This document shows positions 9,483 to 18,745 of a DNA stretch of 64,000 bases, piece after piece. The DNA lies in NCBI GenBank assembly GCA_039793445.1, contig JBAMLS010000001.1, positions 3,504-67,503 of the forward strand, read 5' to 3'. Position 1 is the first letter of the stretch; every line of letters starts with the position of its first letter. Origin of the DNA: Minisyncoccales bacterium. GTDB lineage: Bacteria; Patescibacteriota; Minisyncoccia; Minisyncoccales; JBAMLS01. A program made the position numbers and the translations under genes. The notes beneath the pieces were generated by a model, which worked only from the letters and a program-made list of their open reading frames with translations, had not been told where the DNA came from and made no database searches.

Positions 9483-9698
9483 TTATATTTTCCCTAATTT
9501 TTTTAATCTTTTATATTTATTCTGAATTTCAATCTTCCTCAAAGCATCTATTTTCTTTTTATCTCTACTTTTTGGTTTCTCTCTATAAATTTTCTCTTTA
9601 ACCTCTTTTAAAATCTTATATTGTTTTACTTTTGTAGAAAACTTTCTTATTAAAGTAAATGTGTTTTCTTGGGGTTGTCTTGTAATTTTAAATGACAT
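9483..9698 (-). CDS. rpsU: 30S ribosomal protein bS21 (divergent)
   Basis: Small basic protein with E-x-x-x-x-LIRKFSTKV...ILKEVKEKIYREKP pattern of S21; HIT-S21 neighbourhood is common. Confidence 0.75.
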   Translation of the reverse strand: MSFKITRQPQENTFTLIRKFSTKVKQYKILKEVKEKIYREKPKSRDKKKIDALRKIEIQNKYKRLKKLGKI

Positions 9699-9707
9699 AT
9701 TTTTTAT

Positions 9708-10043
9708 TTATATATTTAAAGGGTTTTCTATTTTACCTCCTAATAAATGTAAATGTAAATGGGATATAATTTGTCCTCCTTTTTTTTCTACATTAAAAAT
9801 CAATTTATAACCTTTCAATTTTTTTTCTTTTGCAATTTTTTTTGCAGTAAAAATTAAATTAGTTATTATCTCTTTATCTTTTTCTTTTAAAGTAATAATA
9901 GATTTTATATGTTTTTTAGGAATAATCAATATGTGAATTTCAGCTTTTGGTTTTATATCATAAATCGCTATTGTTTTTTTATCTTCATAAACAATATTTG
10001 CTGGAATTTTTTTATTTATTATTTTACAAAATACGCAATTCAT
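9708..10043 (-). CDS. HIT family (histidine triad) nucleotide hydrolase
   Basis: CVFCKII N-terminus and HLHLHLLGG triad. Confidence 0.93.
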   Translation of the reverse strand: MNCVFCKIINKKIPANIVYEDKKTIAIYDIKPKAEIHILIIPKKHIKSIITLKEKDKEIITNLIFTAKKIAKEKKLKGYKLIFNVEKKGGQIISHLHLHLLGGKIENPLNI

Positions 10044-10053
10044 AAAATTTTTA

Positions 10054-11319
10054 TTATTTTTTATTTGTTAATTTAGATTTAATTTCATTAATTATTTTTT
10101 CTAAAGAAACTATTTTTTGATCTCCGCTTTTCATATCTCTTATAATAATTTTATTTTTATTTACTTCTTCTTGACCTAAAATTAAAACATACTTTACTAA
10201 TAATTTATCTGCTATTTTTAATTGCGCGCTCAAAGAATCTTTATAAAGCGCTTCTGCTACATAAATACCAGCTTTTCTAAAATCTTCTAATAATTTAAAA
10301 CTTTTCCTTTTTGATATCTGGCCTACTTGTGCTAAAAATATATCAGGTCTTTTTTTAAATTCTTTTATTTTTTGTTTTTTTTGAATTATTTCTTTTATTC
10401 TTTCAACACCTAAAGCCCCTCCTGTAGCCGGAGTATCATCTCCTCCTAAAAATTTTATAAGATTATCATATCTACCACCGCCAGCTAATGAATTATTACT
10501 ATCTTCGGTTTTAATTTCAAAAACAGTTTTTGTATAATAATCAAGTCCTCTTACTAAATAAGGATTAAGATCATAAGGAATTTCTGCTTCATCTAAAAAT
10601 TCTAAAAAGGTCTTAAAATGTTCTTTGCAACTATCACAAAGATAATCAAAAAATTGGGGCGCTTTCTCTATAATTTTTCTGCACTGCTCTTCTTTACAAT
10701 CTAATATCCTTAAAGGATTTTTTGTTAGCCTTCTTTTACAATCAGGACATAATCTATCTTGATGCTTTTTAAAATAATTTTCTAAAATTCTTTTATAAAC
10801 AGGTCTACAATTTTGATCGCCTACTGAATTAACTTCACAAATTAAATTTTCTAAACCTAATTCTTTTAATCCTTGATAAAAAATTTGAACGATTTGGGCA
10901 TCTAAAACAGGATGATTTATTCCAATAATTTCAAAACCAATTTGATAAAATTGCCGATATCTTCCCGCTTGGGGTCTCTCGTGTCTAAAAAATGGTCCAA
11001 AATACCAAAATTTTACTGGTTTTGGGACAGATTTAAAACCATGTTGTAAAAATGCCCTTATTACAGGAGGAGTACCCTCTGGTCTTAATGTTAAACTATC
11101 CCCACCTTTTGTTTCAAAACTATACATTTCTTTTTCAACGATATCTGTAAACATTCCGGTTCCCTTTTTAAAAAGATCTGTTTTTTCAAAAATAGGAGTT
11201 TCTATTTGAGAAAACCCGTAAAAATTAGCAAGATTTTGAAAAACTTTTTTAATCTTTTCATAATAAAAAAGGTCTTCTTCAAATAAATCATGCATTCCAA
11301 GCGGTGTTTGAAATTCCAT
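10054..11319 (-). CDS. hisS: Histidine--tRNA ligase
   Basis: LRPEGT, FRHERPQAGRYRQF, LVRGLDYYT, GGGRYD motifs. Confidence 0.97.
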   Translation of the reverse strand: MEFQTPLGMHDLFEEDLFYYEKIKKVFQNLANFYGFSQIETPIFEKTDLFKKGTGMFTDIVEKEMYSFETKGGDSLTLRPEGTPPVIRAFLQHGFKSVPKPVKFWYFGPFFRHERPQAGRYRQFYQIGFEIIGINHPVLDAQIVQIFYQGLKELGLENLICEVNSVGDQNCRPVYKRILENYFKKHQDRLCPDCKRRLTKNPLRILDCKEEQCRKIIEKAPQFFDYLCDSCKEHFKTFLEFLDEAEIPYDLNPYLVRGLDYYTKTVFEIKTEDSNNSLAGGGRYDNLIKFLGGDDTPATGGALGVERIKEIIQKKQKIKEFKKRPDIFLAQVGQISKRKSFKLLEDFRKAGIYVAEALYKDSLSAQLKIADKLLVKYVLILGQEEVNKNKIIIRDMKSGDQKIVSLEKIINEIKSKLTNKK

Positions 11320-11325
11320 AATATT

Positions 11326-11895
11326 TTATTTACCAAAATAAGTAATATTATTTATTGGCCAAAGTCTTAAAATTACTCTTCCTATAATTTCTTTTCTAAA
11401 AACAGCGCCCCAATTTCGCGAATCAAAAGATTTCGTTCGATTATCGCCCATTACAAAATACTCGTTTTCACCTAAATTAATTACCTTTATATCATTTTTT
11501 AAATTTTTGTAAAATGCGTTTTTATCTATTTGAGAAAAAAAAGAACTATCAAAAGAAGAAAATTCTAAAACCCTTTCATCATTTGTGATAATATATATTT
11601 TATTATTAGAAATATAAACTTTTTCTTTTGGCAAACCGATAACTCTTTTTATGAATCTTTGAGACTCATCTTTTGGATAATGAAAAACAATAACTTCTCC
11701 CCTTTCTGGATCTCTAAAATAATAAGAAATTTCGTCAACTATTAAATAATCGCCATTATAAAAACTTGGTTCCATAGAAATACCTTTTACTAAAAAAGGT
11801 TGAAAAATAAAATATCTTATTGGCAAAACAATAACTAAAGCTAAAATCAAAATTTTTATTGTTTCCCAAAGATTATTTAGAAAATTTTTTCCCAT
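11326..11895 (-). CDS. lepB: Signal peptidase I
   Basis: GISMEP (catalytic Ser), FIKRVIGLP (Lys), GDNR..SFDSR. Confidence 0.96.
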   Translation of the reverse strand: MGKNFLNNLWETIKILILALVIVLPIRYFIFQPFLVKGISMEPSFYNGDYLIVDEISYYFRDPERGEVIVFHYPKDESQRFIKRVIGLPKEKVYISNNKIYIITNDERVLEFSSFDSSFFSQIDKNAFYKNLKNDIKVINLGENEYFVMGDNRTKSFDSRNWGAVFRKEIIGRVILRLWPINNITYFGK

Positions 11896-11917
11896 TTTTT
11901 TAAATTTTAATTTTTAG

Positions 11918-11957
11918 ATTATAACAAAGTTGTTAAATTTAGCAAGTTTGATAAAAT
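11918..11957. promoter_or_regulatory. Overlapping divergent sigma70-type promoters for lepB and pth
   Basis: Minus strand: TTGCTA-16bp-TATAAT with extended TG (TGTTATAAT, 11926-11918). Plus strand: TTGTTA-16bp-TAAAAT with extended TG (TGATAAAAT, 11949-11957). Confidence 0.55.
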
Positions 11958-11972
11958 AAAATTAAATAATAT

Positions 11973-12545
11973 ATGTTAATAATTATAGGTTTGGGAAATC
12001 CAGGGAAAAATTTTAAATTCACCAGACATAATCTTGGTTTTTTAGTGTTAGATAAATTCCAGAAAAAAAACAATTTCCCAGGTTTTTCATTTAATAAGGA
12101 TATACTTTCAGATAAAACAGAAAAAATATTGGCTGGTAAAAAAATAGTTTTAATAAAACCAAAAACTTTTATGAATTCTTCAGGATTAGCAGTTAAAAAA
12201 ATATTAAAAAATTACAAAATAAAAAAAGGAGACATAAAAGAAAACTTATTAATAATACATGACGATATTGATCTACCTTTTGGCAAAATAAAAATATCTG
12301 TTAATAAAAATTCTGGTGGTCATAAAGGCGTACAATCTATTATTGATACAATAAAAACAAAAAATTTTAGCAGAATTAGAATAGGTATTGCCAAGGAGAA
12401 AAAAGAAAAAGCAGAAAAATTAGTTTTAAAAAATTTTACAAAAGAAGAAATAAATTTAATAAAAGAAATTTTACAAAAAACCGTAGAAATTATTAATTTT
12501 TTTATTTTAAACGGTCTTGAAAAAACAATGTCAAAATACAATTAA
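11973..12545 (+). CDS. pth: Peptidyl-tRNA hydrolase
   Basis: GLGNPG, TRHNLGF, KPKTFMNSSG, HDDIDL, GGHKG motifs. Confidence 0.97.
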   Translation: MLIIIGLGNPGKNFKFTRHNLGFLVLDKFQKKNNFPGFSFNKDILSDKTEKILAGKKIVLIKPKTFMNSSGLAVKKILKNYKIKKGDIKENLLIIHDDIDLPFGKIKISVNKNSGGHKGVQSIIDTIKTKNFSRIRIGIAKEKKEKAEKLVLKNFTKEEINLIKEILQKTVEIINFFILNGLEKTMSKYN

Positions 12546-12553
12546 TTAAACTT

Positions 12554-13843
12554 ATGAAAGACAAAAAAAGCTGGATAGCTACCGCAACAATGGGGTATGG
12601 ACATAACAGAACTGCTTTTAATCTAAAGCATATTGCTCTCAATAATATTGTGGTAAAAGTGGATAATTATATTAATATTCCAAAATTTGATAAATTGTTT
12701 TGGACTATAAATCAAAAATCCTATAATCTTTTCTCTCATTTAATAGATATTCCACTCTTTGGAGAAAAACTATTTAGTTTTTTTGATAAATTTCAGAGAA
12801 TAGAAAACTTTTATAAAAATAAACACATCCAAAAAGTGCCCTTACAACTTAAAAATAATTATTTTTTTATAAAATTTGGGTGGGGAAAAAATATTATTTT
12901 AAAATTAAAAAATATAAATCCTCAAATCCCTTTTATTACTACTTTTTTTTCCATAGCCTATATGGCAGAAGAACACAAATACCCAGGTGAAATTTTTTGT
13001 GTAATTTGCGATACAGATATTTCAAGATCTTGGGCACCCCTTAATCCAAAAAGTAGCAAAATAAAATATTTTGTTCCTACAAAAAGAGTAAAAATAAGAT
13101 TAGAAAATTATGGTGTTAAAAAAGAAAATATTTTCTTAACAGGTTATCCTTTACCTCTTGAAAATTTAGGAGATAGAAAATTAACTTTATTAAAAAAGAC
13201 TATTTTAAAAAGATTAGAAAAACTTGACCCCAAAAATAAAACTTCAATACTATATAAACCAATAATTGAAAAATATATAGGGAAATTTCAAAATAACAAA
13301 AACAAACCCCTTACTTTAATGTTTTCAGTGGGAGGAGCCGGAGTTCAAACCAAATTAGCAGTAAATATTATCGAGAGCTTAAGAGATGAAATTAAAAGAA
13401 ATAATTTAAATTTAATTTTAGTTGCCGGGACAAATAAAAAAATAAAAGATTATTTTTTAAACCTGATAAAATTTTATAATTTAGAAAACATAAAAAATTT
13501 AGAAATTCTTTATTTTGATACTCTTGAAAAATTCTTTAGCGAATTTAACAAAAAATTAACATCAGTTGATTTAATTTTAACAAAACCAAGTGAATTATCT
13601 TTTTACGCTGCTTTGGGCATACCAATTTTAATTTTACCCCCAGTTGGCGCCCATGAAGTTCTAAATAAAAATTGGTTAATTAGAAAAGGAGCGGGTATTG
13701 AGGTCGAAAATTTAAAATATATTAAAAACTGGCTTTCTGATTTTTTAAAAGAAGGAATTTTCTTTAGAGCCTCTCTTTTTGGGTTTTTAAACATAAGAAA
13801 ATTAGGAACATTTAAGATAGAAGATATTATTCAAAAGATATGA
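12554..13843 (+). CDS. GT-B fold glycosyltransferase-like protein (MGDG synthase/MurG-like; DUF6938-like)
   Basis: N-terminal MGYGH, TGYP, VGGAG, C-terminal TKPSELSFY..LGIP...HE..N resembling the GT28 nucleotide-sugar-binding region. Confidence 0.6.
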   Translation: MKDKKSWIATATMGYGHNRTAFNLKHIALNNIVVKVDNYINIPKFDKLFWTINQKSYNLFSHLIDIPLFGEKLFSFFDKFQRIENFYKNKHIQKVPLQLKNNYFFIKFGWGKNIILKLKNINPQIPFITTFFSIAYMAEEHKYPGEIFCVICDTDISRSWAPLNPKSSKIKYFVPTKRVKIRLENYGVKKENIFLTGYPLPLENLGDRKLTLLKKTILKRLEKLDPKNKTSILYKPIIEKYIGKFQNNKNKPLTLMFSVGGAGVQTKLAVNIIESLRDEIKRNNLNLILVAGTNKKIKDYFLNLIKFYNLENIKNLEILYFDTLEKFFSEFNKKLTSVDLILTKPSELSFYAALGIPILILPPVGAHEVLNKNWLIRKGAGIEVENLKYIKNWLSDFLKEGIFFRASLFGFLNIRKLGTFKIEDIIQKI

Positions 13844-14745
13844 TTTGGTTTTTTATAACGATTTTGATTTATTTTATTTTTGCTCTTGCCGCTATTTTAG
13901 ACAAATATATTTTAAGAGAAAATGCTTTAAAACCAAAAAGCTATGCTTTTTATGACAGCATTGGTGGTATATTATTTATATTTTTAATTTTTCTTCCCCA
14001 ATTTAAAATTGGGCCCAATCTTATTTTAATTGCTCTTTTAGTAGGTATTTTAAAAGTAAGCGCTATTTTTGTTTTTTATACAGCAATAAATAATTTTGAA
14101 CCTTCTAGAGTTTTACCTGCAATCGGTGGATTTTTGCCCTGTTTTACTTTCTTTTTCTCATTAGCTTTGGCGCAAAATCATTTGGAAAATCTTAATTTTG
14201 TAAGAATAATATCGCTTTTTTTATTAATATCAGGCAGTTTTTTAATAAATTTTGAAAGAAAAAAAATAAATTTAAACGCTTTAGGTTTATCTTTCTTTTC
14301 CGCATTTTTATTCTCTTTATATTTTGTTTTTGCCAAATTTTTATATTTAAATGCAAAATTTTTGAACTCTTTATTATGGATACTCTTTTTTAGCGGATTA
14401 TTTTCTTTAATTTTTTTATTTTCAAAAGAAGTAAGACTAGAGCTAAAAAAAGAAAGAAAAATTTTAAATAAAGAAACGGCGTTTACTTTTATTCTTGATA
14501 AATCTTTATCAATGATTGGAGGTTTTCTTCAGCATCTCGCAATATCTTTAGTGCCAATATCTTTATTAGCATTTATTAATGCTTTAGAAGGAATAAAATA
14601 TGTTTTTATTTTAATTCTTTCTTTATTTTTTTCTAAAAATTTTCCCACAATATTTTTAGAGAAAAAAGGAAAGAGCATATTATGCTTTAAAATTTTATCA
14701 ATCTTTTTAATTTTTGCTGGCATGTTTATTTTTTATTATTTATAA
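13840..14745 (+). CDS. EamA/DMT family transporter-like membrane protein
   Basis: ~300 aa, ~10 hydrophobic segments in two 5-TM repeats (AILDKY.../VFAKF...). Confidence 0.7.
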   Translation: MIWFFITILIYFIFALAAILDKYILRENALKPKSYAFYDSIGGILFIFLIFLPQFKIGPNLILIALLVGILKVSAIFVFYTAINNFEPSRVLPAIGGFLPCFTFFFSLALAQNHLENLNFVRIISLFLLISGSFLINFERKKINLNALGLSFFSAFLFSLYFVFAKFLYLNAKFLNSLLWILFFSGLFSLIFLFSKEVRLELKKERKILNKETAFTFILDKSLSMIGGFLQHLAISLVPISLLAFINALEGIKYVFILILSLFFSKNFPTIFLEKKGKSILCFKILSIFLIFAGMFIFYYL

Positions 14746-14776
14746 TTTTTTTATTTTATCTTTAACATTTAATAAA

Positions 14777-15760
14777 ATGAAGAAAATGATTTTCATTATA
14801 ACAATTATCTTTTTAAGCCTTCTTTTTATTATTTATTTTTTACCCATTACAAAACCCGCAAAAAAAATCACTTGGGGAATAAATTTTGCCCAATTTTATG
14901 CACAATCTTTTGGATTAAATTGGAAAGAAACTTATTTAAAACTAATAGAAGAATTAAATGTTAAAAATATAAAGATTTTAACGGCTTGGAATTTAATAGA
15001 ACCAGAAAAAAATAAATTTTATTTTGATGATATTAAATGGCAAATAGAAAAAGCAAATGAAAAAGATATAAAACTAATTTTAGTTTTGGGAATGAAGACG
15101 GGAAGATGGCCAGAGTGTCATTTACCCGACTTTGCTAAAAAATTAAATAAAGAAGAACTCCAAAAAGAAATTTTAGAATTATTAAGAAAAGAAGTTGATG
15201 AGCTAAAGGGTTATAAAAATATTGTTGCCTGGCAGGTTGAAAATGAACCCTTTTTGAATTTTGGAGAATGTCCTTTTTATAATGACAAAAATTTTTTAGA
15301 AAAAGAAGTAAAATTAGTAAAAGAAATAGATCCTCAAAGACCAATTATAATTTCTGAAAGCGGTGAATTATCTTTTTGGACAAAAGGAGCTCAAATAGGA
15401 GATATTCTTTCTATAACTTTATATAGAAAAGTTTGGCAAAGTGAATTTAAAAAATATTTTGTTTATCCCCTATCTCCAAATTTTTATTATTTAAAAGCAA
15501 AAGCAATTGAAAAAATATTCTCAAAAAAAGTTATTTGTTCAGAACTACAAGGAGAACCATGGGGAAAAAGTAATTTATTATATAATTTTCCAATAGAAGA
15601 ACAATTAGAAGATATGACGTTAAAAGAATTAAAAAATAATATTAATTTTGCTAAAAAAACCGGATTAGATACTTTTTATTTTTGGGGAGCAGAATGGTGG
15701 TACTTTCTAAAAGAACATGGTCATGCTGAATATTATGAAGAAATGAAAAGTTTATTTTGA
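14777..15760 (+). CDS. Membrane-anchored clan GH-A glycoside hydrolase (GH5/GH42-like TIM barrel)
   Basis: N-terminal TM; WNLIEP; WQVENEP (acid/base); SELQGEPW (nucleophile); FWGAEWW. ATG 14777 preferred over the overlapping TTG at 14714. Confidence 0.72.
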   Translation: MKKMIFIITIIFLSLLFIIYFLPITKPAKKITWGINFAQFYAQSFGLNWKETYLKLIEELNVKNIKILTAWNLIEPEKNKFYFDDIKWQIEKANEKDIKLILVLGMKTGRWPECHLPDFAKKLNKEELQKEILELLRKEVDELKGYKNIVAWQVENEPFLNFGECPFYNDKNFLEKEVKLVKEIDPQRPIIISESGELSFWTKGAQIGDILSITLYRKVWQSEFKKYFVYPLSPNFYYLKAKAIEKIFSKKVICSELQGEPWGKSNLLYNFPIEEQLEDMTLKELKNNINFAKKTGLDTFYFWGAEWWYFLKEHGHAEYYEEMKSLF

Positions 15761-15769
15761 TTTTATAGT

Positions 15770-17761
15770 ATGAAAATTAATGAAATAAATGAAATTTTTA
15801 TTTGTTCTTTTCACCCCTATTTTTTAGAAAGGGAAAATTCTCAAATAAATGAAGAATTAGAAAAAATAAAAAATACTAAAGAAATAACTCCTTTTTGGGA
15901 AGAAAATGTTTTAATTTTAAGAAAAAATCAAGAAATACAAATTTCTGAAGTAATTTCAAAATTAGATAATTTAGGTTATGAAAAAGTATATTTAGTAAAT
16001 CAAATTGGAGAGTTTTCTTTGAAAGGGGGGACTTTAAATATATTTCCCGTAAATTCTAATATCGCTATCTCTATTGAATTTTTCGGAAATAAAATAGAAA
16101 AAATTTTTTATCTTCCAATTAAAATTGAAAATGAAAAATTAGCAAAAGAAATTTTAAAAAAGAAATTAAAGTCTCAAAAAATTTTTTCAAATTTAAAGGG
16201 AATAAAAATAGGAGATTTTATAAGCCATTTAGATCATGGTATTGGTATTTTTTTAGGCAAAGAAAAAATTAATGAAAGGGAATATTATATTTTAGGTTAT
16301 GCAAATGATGATAAATTATATGTACCTGTAAATTTAGAAAGAAAATTATCAAGATATATAGGATTTAAAAATCCTAAAATATCAAGATTGGGGTCTATTT
16401 TTTGGCAAAAAACAAAAAAGAAAGTAAAAGAAGATGCAGAGAAATTGGCAAAAAAACTTTTAGAAATTTATTTTAAAAAAGAAACAATAAAAAGAACCCC
16501 CTATCCAGAAAAAGATGAAATTGATAGTTATTTAGAAAATACTTTTCCTTTTGAAGAAACACCAGATCAAATAAAAGCTTTAGAAGATATAGAAGAAGAT
16601 TTAAAATCTGAAAAACCATTAGATAGAATAATTTGTGGAGATGTGGGTTTTGGAAAAACAGAAATTGCCCTAAGAACAATGGTAAGAGTAGTAAAGTCAG
16701 GAGTTCAAACTGTAATGATTTGTCCTACTACAATTTTGGCTAATCAACATTTTCAACTTTTTAAAGAAAGATTAAAAAATTTACCTATAAAAGTAGCGTT
16801 TTTAACAAGATTACAATCTAAAAGAGAACAAAAAAAAATTAAAAAAGAATTAAAAGAAGGGAAGATAGATATTTTAATTGGAACCCACAGAATTTTATCA
16901 AAAGATATAGAGTTTAATAATTTGGGTTTATTGGTAATTGATGACGAACAAAAATTCGGCGTAGAACAAAAGGAAAAACTTAGAAAATTAAAATCATCAA
17001 TTGATGTTTTATCTTTATCTGCTACTCCTATTCCCCGTACTTTATATATGGCCCTTTCTTCCATAAAAAATATTAGTTTAATTCAAACTCCTCCTTTATA
17101 CAGAAAAAGTGTAAAAACTTTTGTTTTACCGTTCAATAAAAATATTATTAAAAAAGCAATTGAATACGAGCTAAAAAGAGGTGGACAAGTTTATTATTTA
17201 CATAACTTAATAGAAACCCTTAAAGATGCTAAAAGTTTTTTAGAAAATTTAGTACCCAAAACTAAAATAGGAATTATTTATGGTAGAATGAAAGAAAAAG
17301 AATTAATAAAAACAATGAATGATTTTCAAAATAAAAAATTTGATATCCTTATTGCTACTACCATAATTGAAAATGGTTTAGATTTGCCCAATGTAAATAC
17401 ATTAATTGTAGCTGACGCTACTAAATTAGGATTATCTCAAGCCTATCAAATTAGAGGAAGAGTTGGCAGAAGCAATATAGAAGCTTTCGCTTATTTTCTT
17501 TTTCCTAAAAAATTAACACTATTAGCTAAAAAAAGATTAAAAGCATTAAAAGAAGCAAAAGAGTTAGGCTCTGGATATAAAATTGCTTTAAAAGATTTAG
17601 AAATCAGAGGCGCCGGTAATATTTTGGGTAAAGAACAATCTGGAAATATAAATAAAGTAGGTTTAAATTTATACTGTCAAATGATTGCACAATCAATAGA
17701 AAAAATGAGGAAAGATCAATTTAATATGCCATCTCTTTATATTAAAACACCATATCATTAA
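15770..17761 (+). CDS. mfd: Transcription-repair coupling factor Mfd, shortened form
   Basis: UvrB-homology segment, CarD-like RID (HLDHGIG...LYVP), GDVGFGKTE, SATPIPR, QIRGRVGR, DLEIRGAGN; lacks the C-terminal domain. Confidence 0.88.
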   Translation: MKINEINEIFICSFHPYFLERENSQINEELEKIKNTKEITPFWEENVLILRKNQEIQISEVISKLDNLGYEKVYLVNQIGEFSLKGGTLNIFPVNSNIAISIEFFGNKIEKIFYLPIKIENEKLAKEILKKKLKSQKIFSNLKGIKIGDFISHLDHGIGIFLGKEKINEREYYILGYANDDKLYVPVNLERKLSRYIGFKNPKISRLGSIFWQKTKKKVKEDAEKLAKKLLEIYFKKETIKRTPYPEKDEIDSYLENTFPFEETPDQIKALEDIEEDLKSEKPLDRIICGDVGFGKTEIALRTMVRVVKSGVQTVMICPTTILANQHFQLFKERLKNLPIKVAFLTRLQSKREQKKIKKELKEGKIDILIGTHRILSKDIEFNNLGLLVIDDEQKFGVEQKEKLRKLKSSIDVLSLSATPIPRTLYMALSSIKNISLIQTPPLYRKSVKTFVLPFNKNIIKKAIEYELKRGGQVYYLHNLIETLKDAKSFLENLVPKTKIGIIYGRMKEKELIKTMNDFQNKKFDILIATTIIENGLDLPNVNTLIVADATKLGLSQAYQIRGRVGRSNIEAFAYFLFPKKLTLLAKKRLKALKEAKELGSGYKIALKDLEIRGAGNILGKEQSGNINKVGLNLYCQMIAQSIEKMRKDQFNMPSLYIKTPYH

Positions 17762-17844
17762 GTAATGTTCATAGTTTTTTAAAAATTATTAAAACAAATT
17801 TTAAAATATTAAAACCGAAAAAAATATTAATTTATTTCCTTTTT

Positions 17845-17853
17845 TGCTATCAT
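17845..17853 (+). promoter_or_regulatory. Extended -10 element 6 nt before the dprA ATG (possible leaderless promoter)
   Basis: TGCTATCAT-taaatt-ATG. Confidence 0.4.
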
Positions 17854-17859
17854 TAAATT

Positions 17860-18741
17860 ATGGAAGAACATTTTTTTAAAGATTGGCAAATTCAGAAAAT
17901 TTATTTTGAAGATAAAAATTTTCCAGAAATTTTAAAAAAAATAAAAAATCCCCCAAAAGTTCTTTATTTTATGGGAAAAATTTTTCCAAAAGAAAATTGT
18001 TTTGCTATTGTTGGTACAAGAAATTGTTCAGATTATGGCAAAACAATTGCTTTTAATTTCGCAAAAGATTTATCTCTTTGCGGCTTAACAATTGTTTCTG
18101 GTTTGGCAAGGGGTATAGATACTTTTGCGCATCTAGGCGCTATAGAAATTAAAAAGAGAACTATTGCCATTTTAGGTACGGGGTTAGATGAAAAAAGTTT
18201 CTATCCAAAAACAAATTTAAAATTAGCAAAAAAAATTTTAGAATTAGGGGGCTGTCTAATATCTGAATATCCACCAGGACAAATGGGAACAAAATATACC
18301 TTTCCCCAAAGAAATAGAATTATTTCTGGTATTTCTTTAGGGGCTTTAATTATAGAGGCAAAAATAAAATCTGGCGCTTTAATTACCGGCAATTTCGCGA
18401 AAAAACAAGGAAGAAAACTCTTTGCAATACCTGGTTCTATTTTTTCTAAAAACTCTCAAGGTTGTCATTTTTTAATTAAAAAAGGGGCTATCTTAGCAGA
18501 AAATCCCAATGACATTTTAAAAGAGTTAAATATAAAAATATCAAAAAGAAAAAAAATTGAACAAAACCTATCAAAAGAAGAAAAAGCAATATTAGATATT
18601 TTAGCATCTGGTCCTAAAACTATTGAAGAAATTTTAGAAAAGACAAAAATTGATCTTCAAAAAGTCTTGACAATTCTTTCAATTTTTGAGATAGATGGTA
18701 AAGTAAAAAATATAGGGAATGATGTTTTTTCTTTAAATTAA
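17860..18741 (+). CDS. dprA: DNA-processing protein DprA
   Basis: AIVGTR, VSGLARGIDTFAH, FPQRNRIISG, SGALIT; C-terminal winged helix; upstream of topA. Confidence 0.96.
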   Translation: MEEHFFKDWQIQKIYFEDKNFPEILKKIKNPPKVLYFMGKIFPKENCFAIVGTRNCSDYGKTIAFNFAKDLSLCGLTIVSGLARGIDTFAHLGAIEIKKRTIAILGTGLDEKSFYPKTNLKLAKKILELGGCLISEYPPGQMGTKYTFPQRNRIISGISLGALIIEAKIKSGALITGNFAKKQGRKLFAIPGSIFSKNSQGCHFLIKKGAILAENPNDILKELNIKISKRKKIEQNLSKEEKAILDILASGPKTIEEILEKTKIDLQKVLTILSIFEIDGKVKNIGNDVFSLN

Positions 18742-18745
18742 TTTT

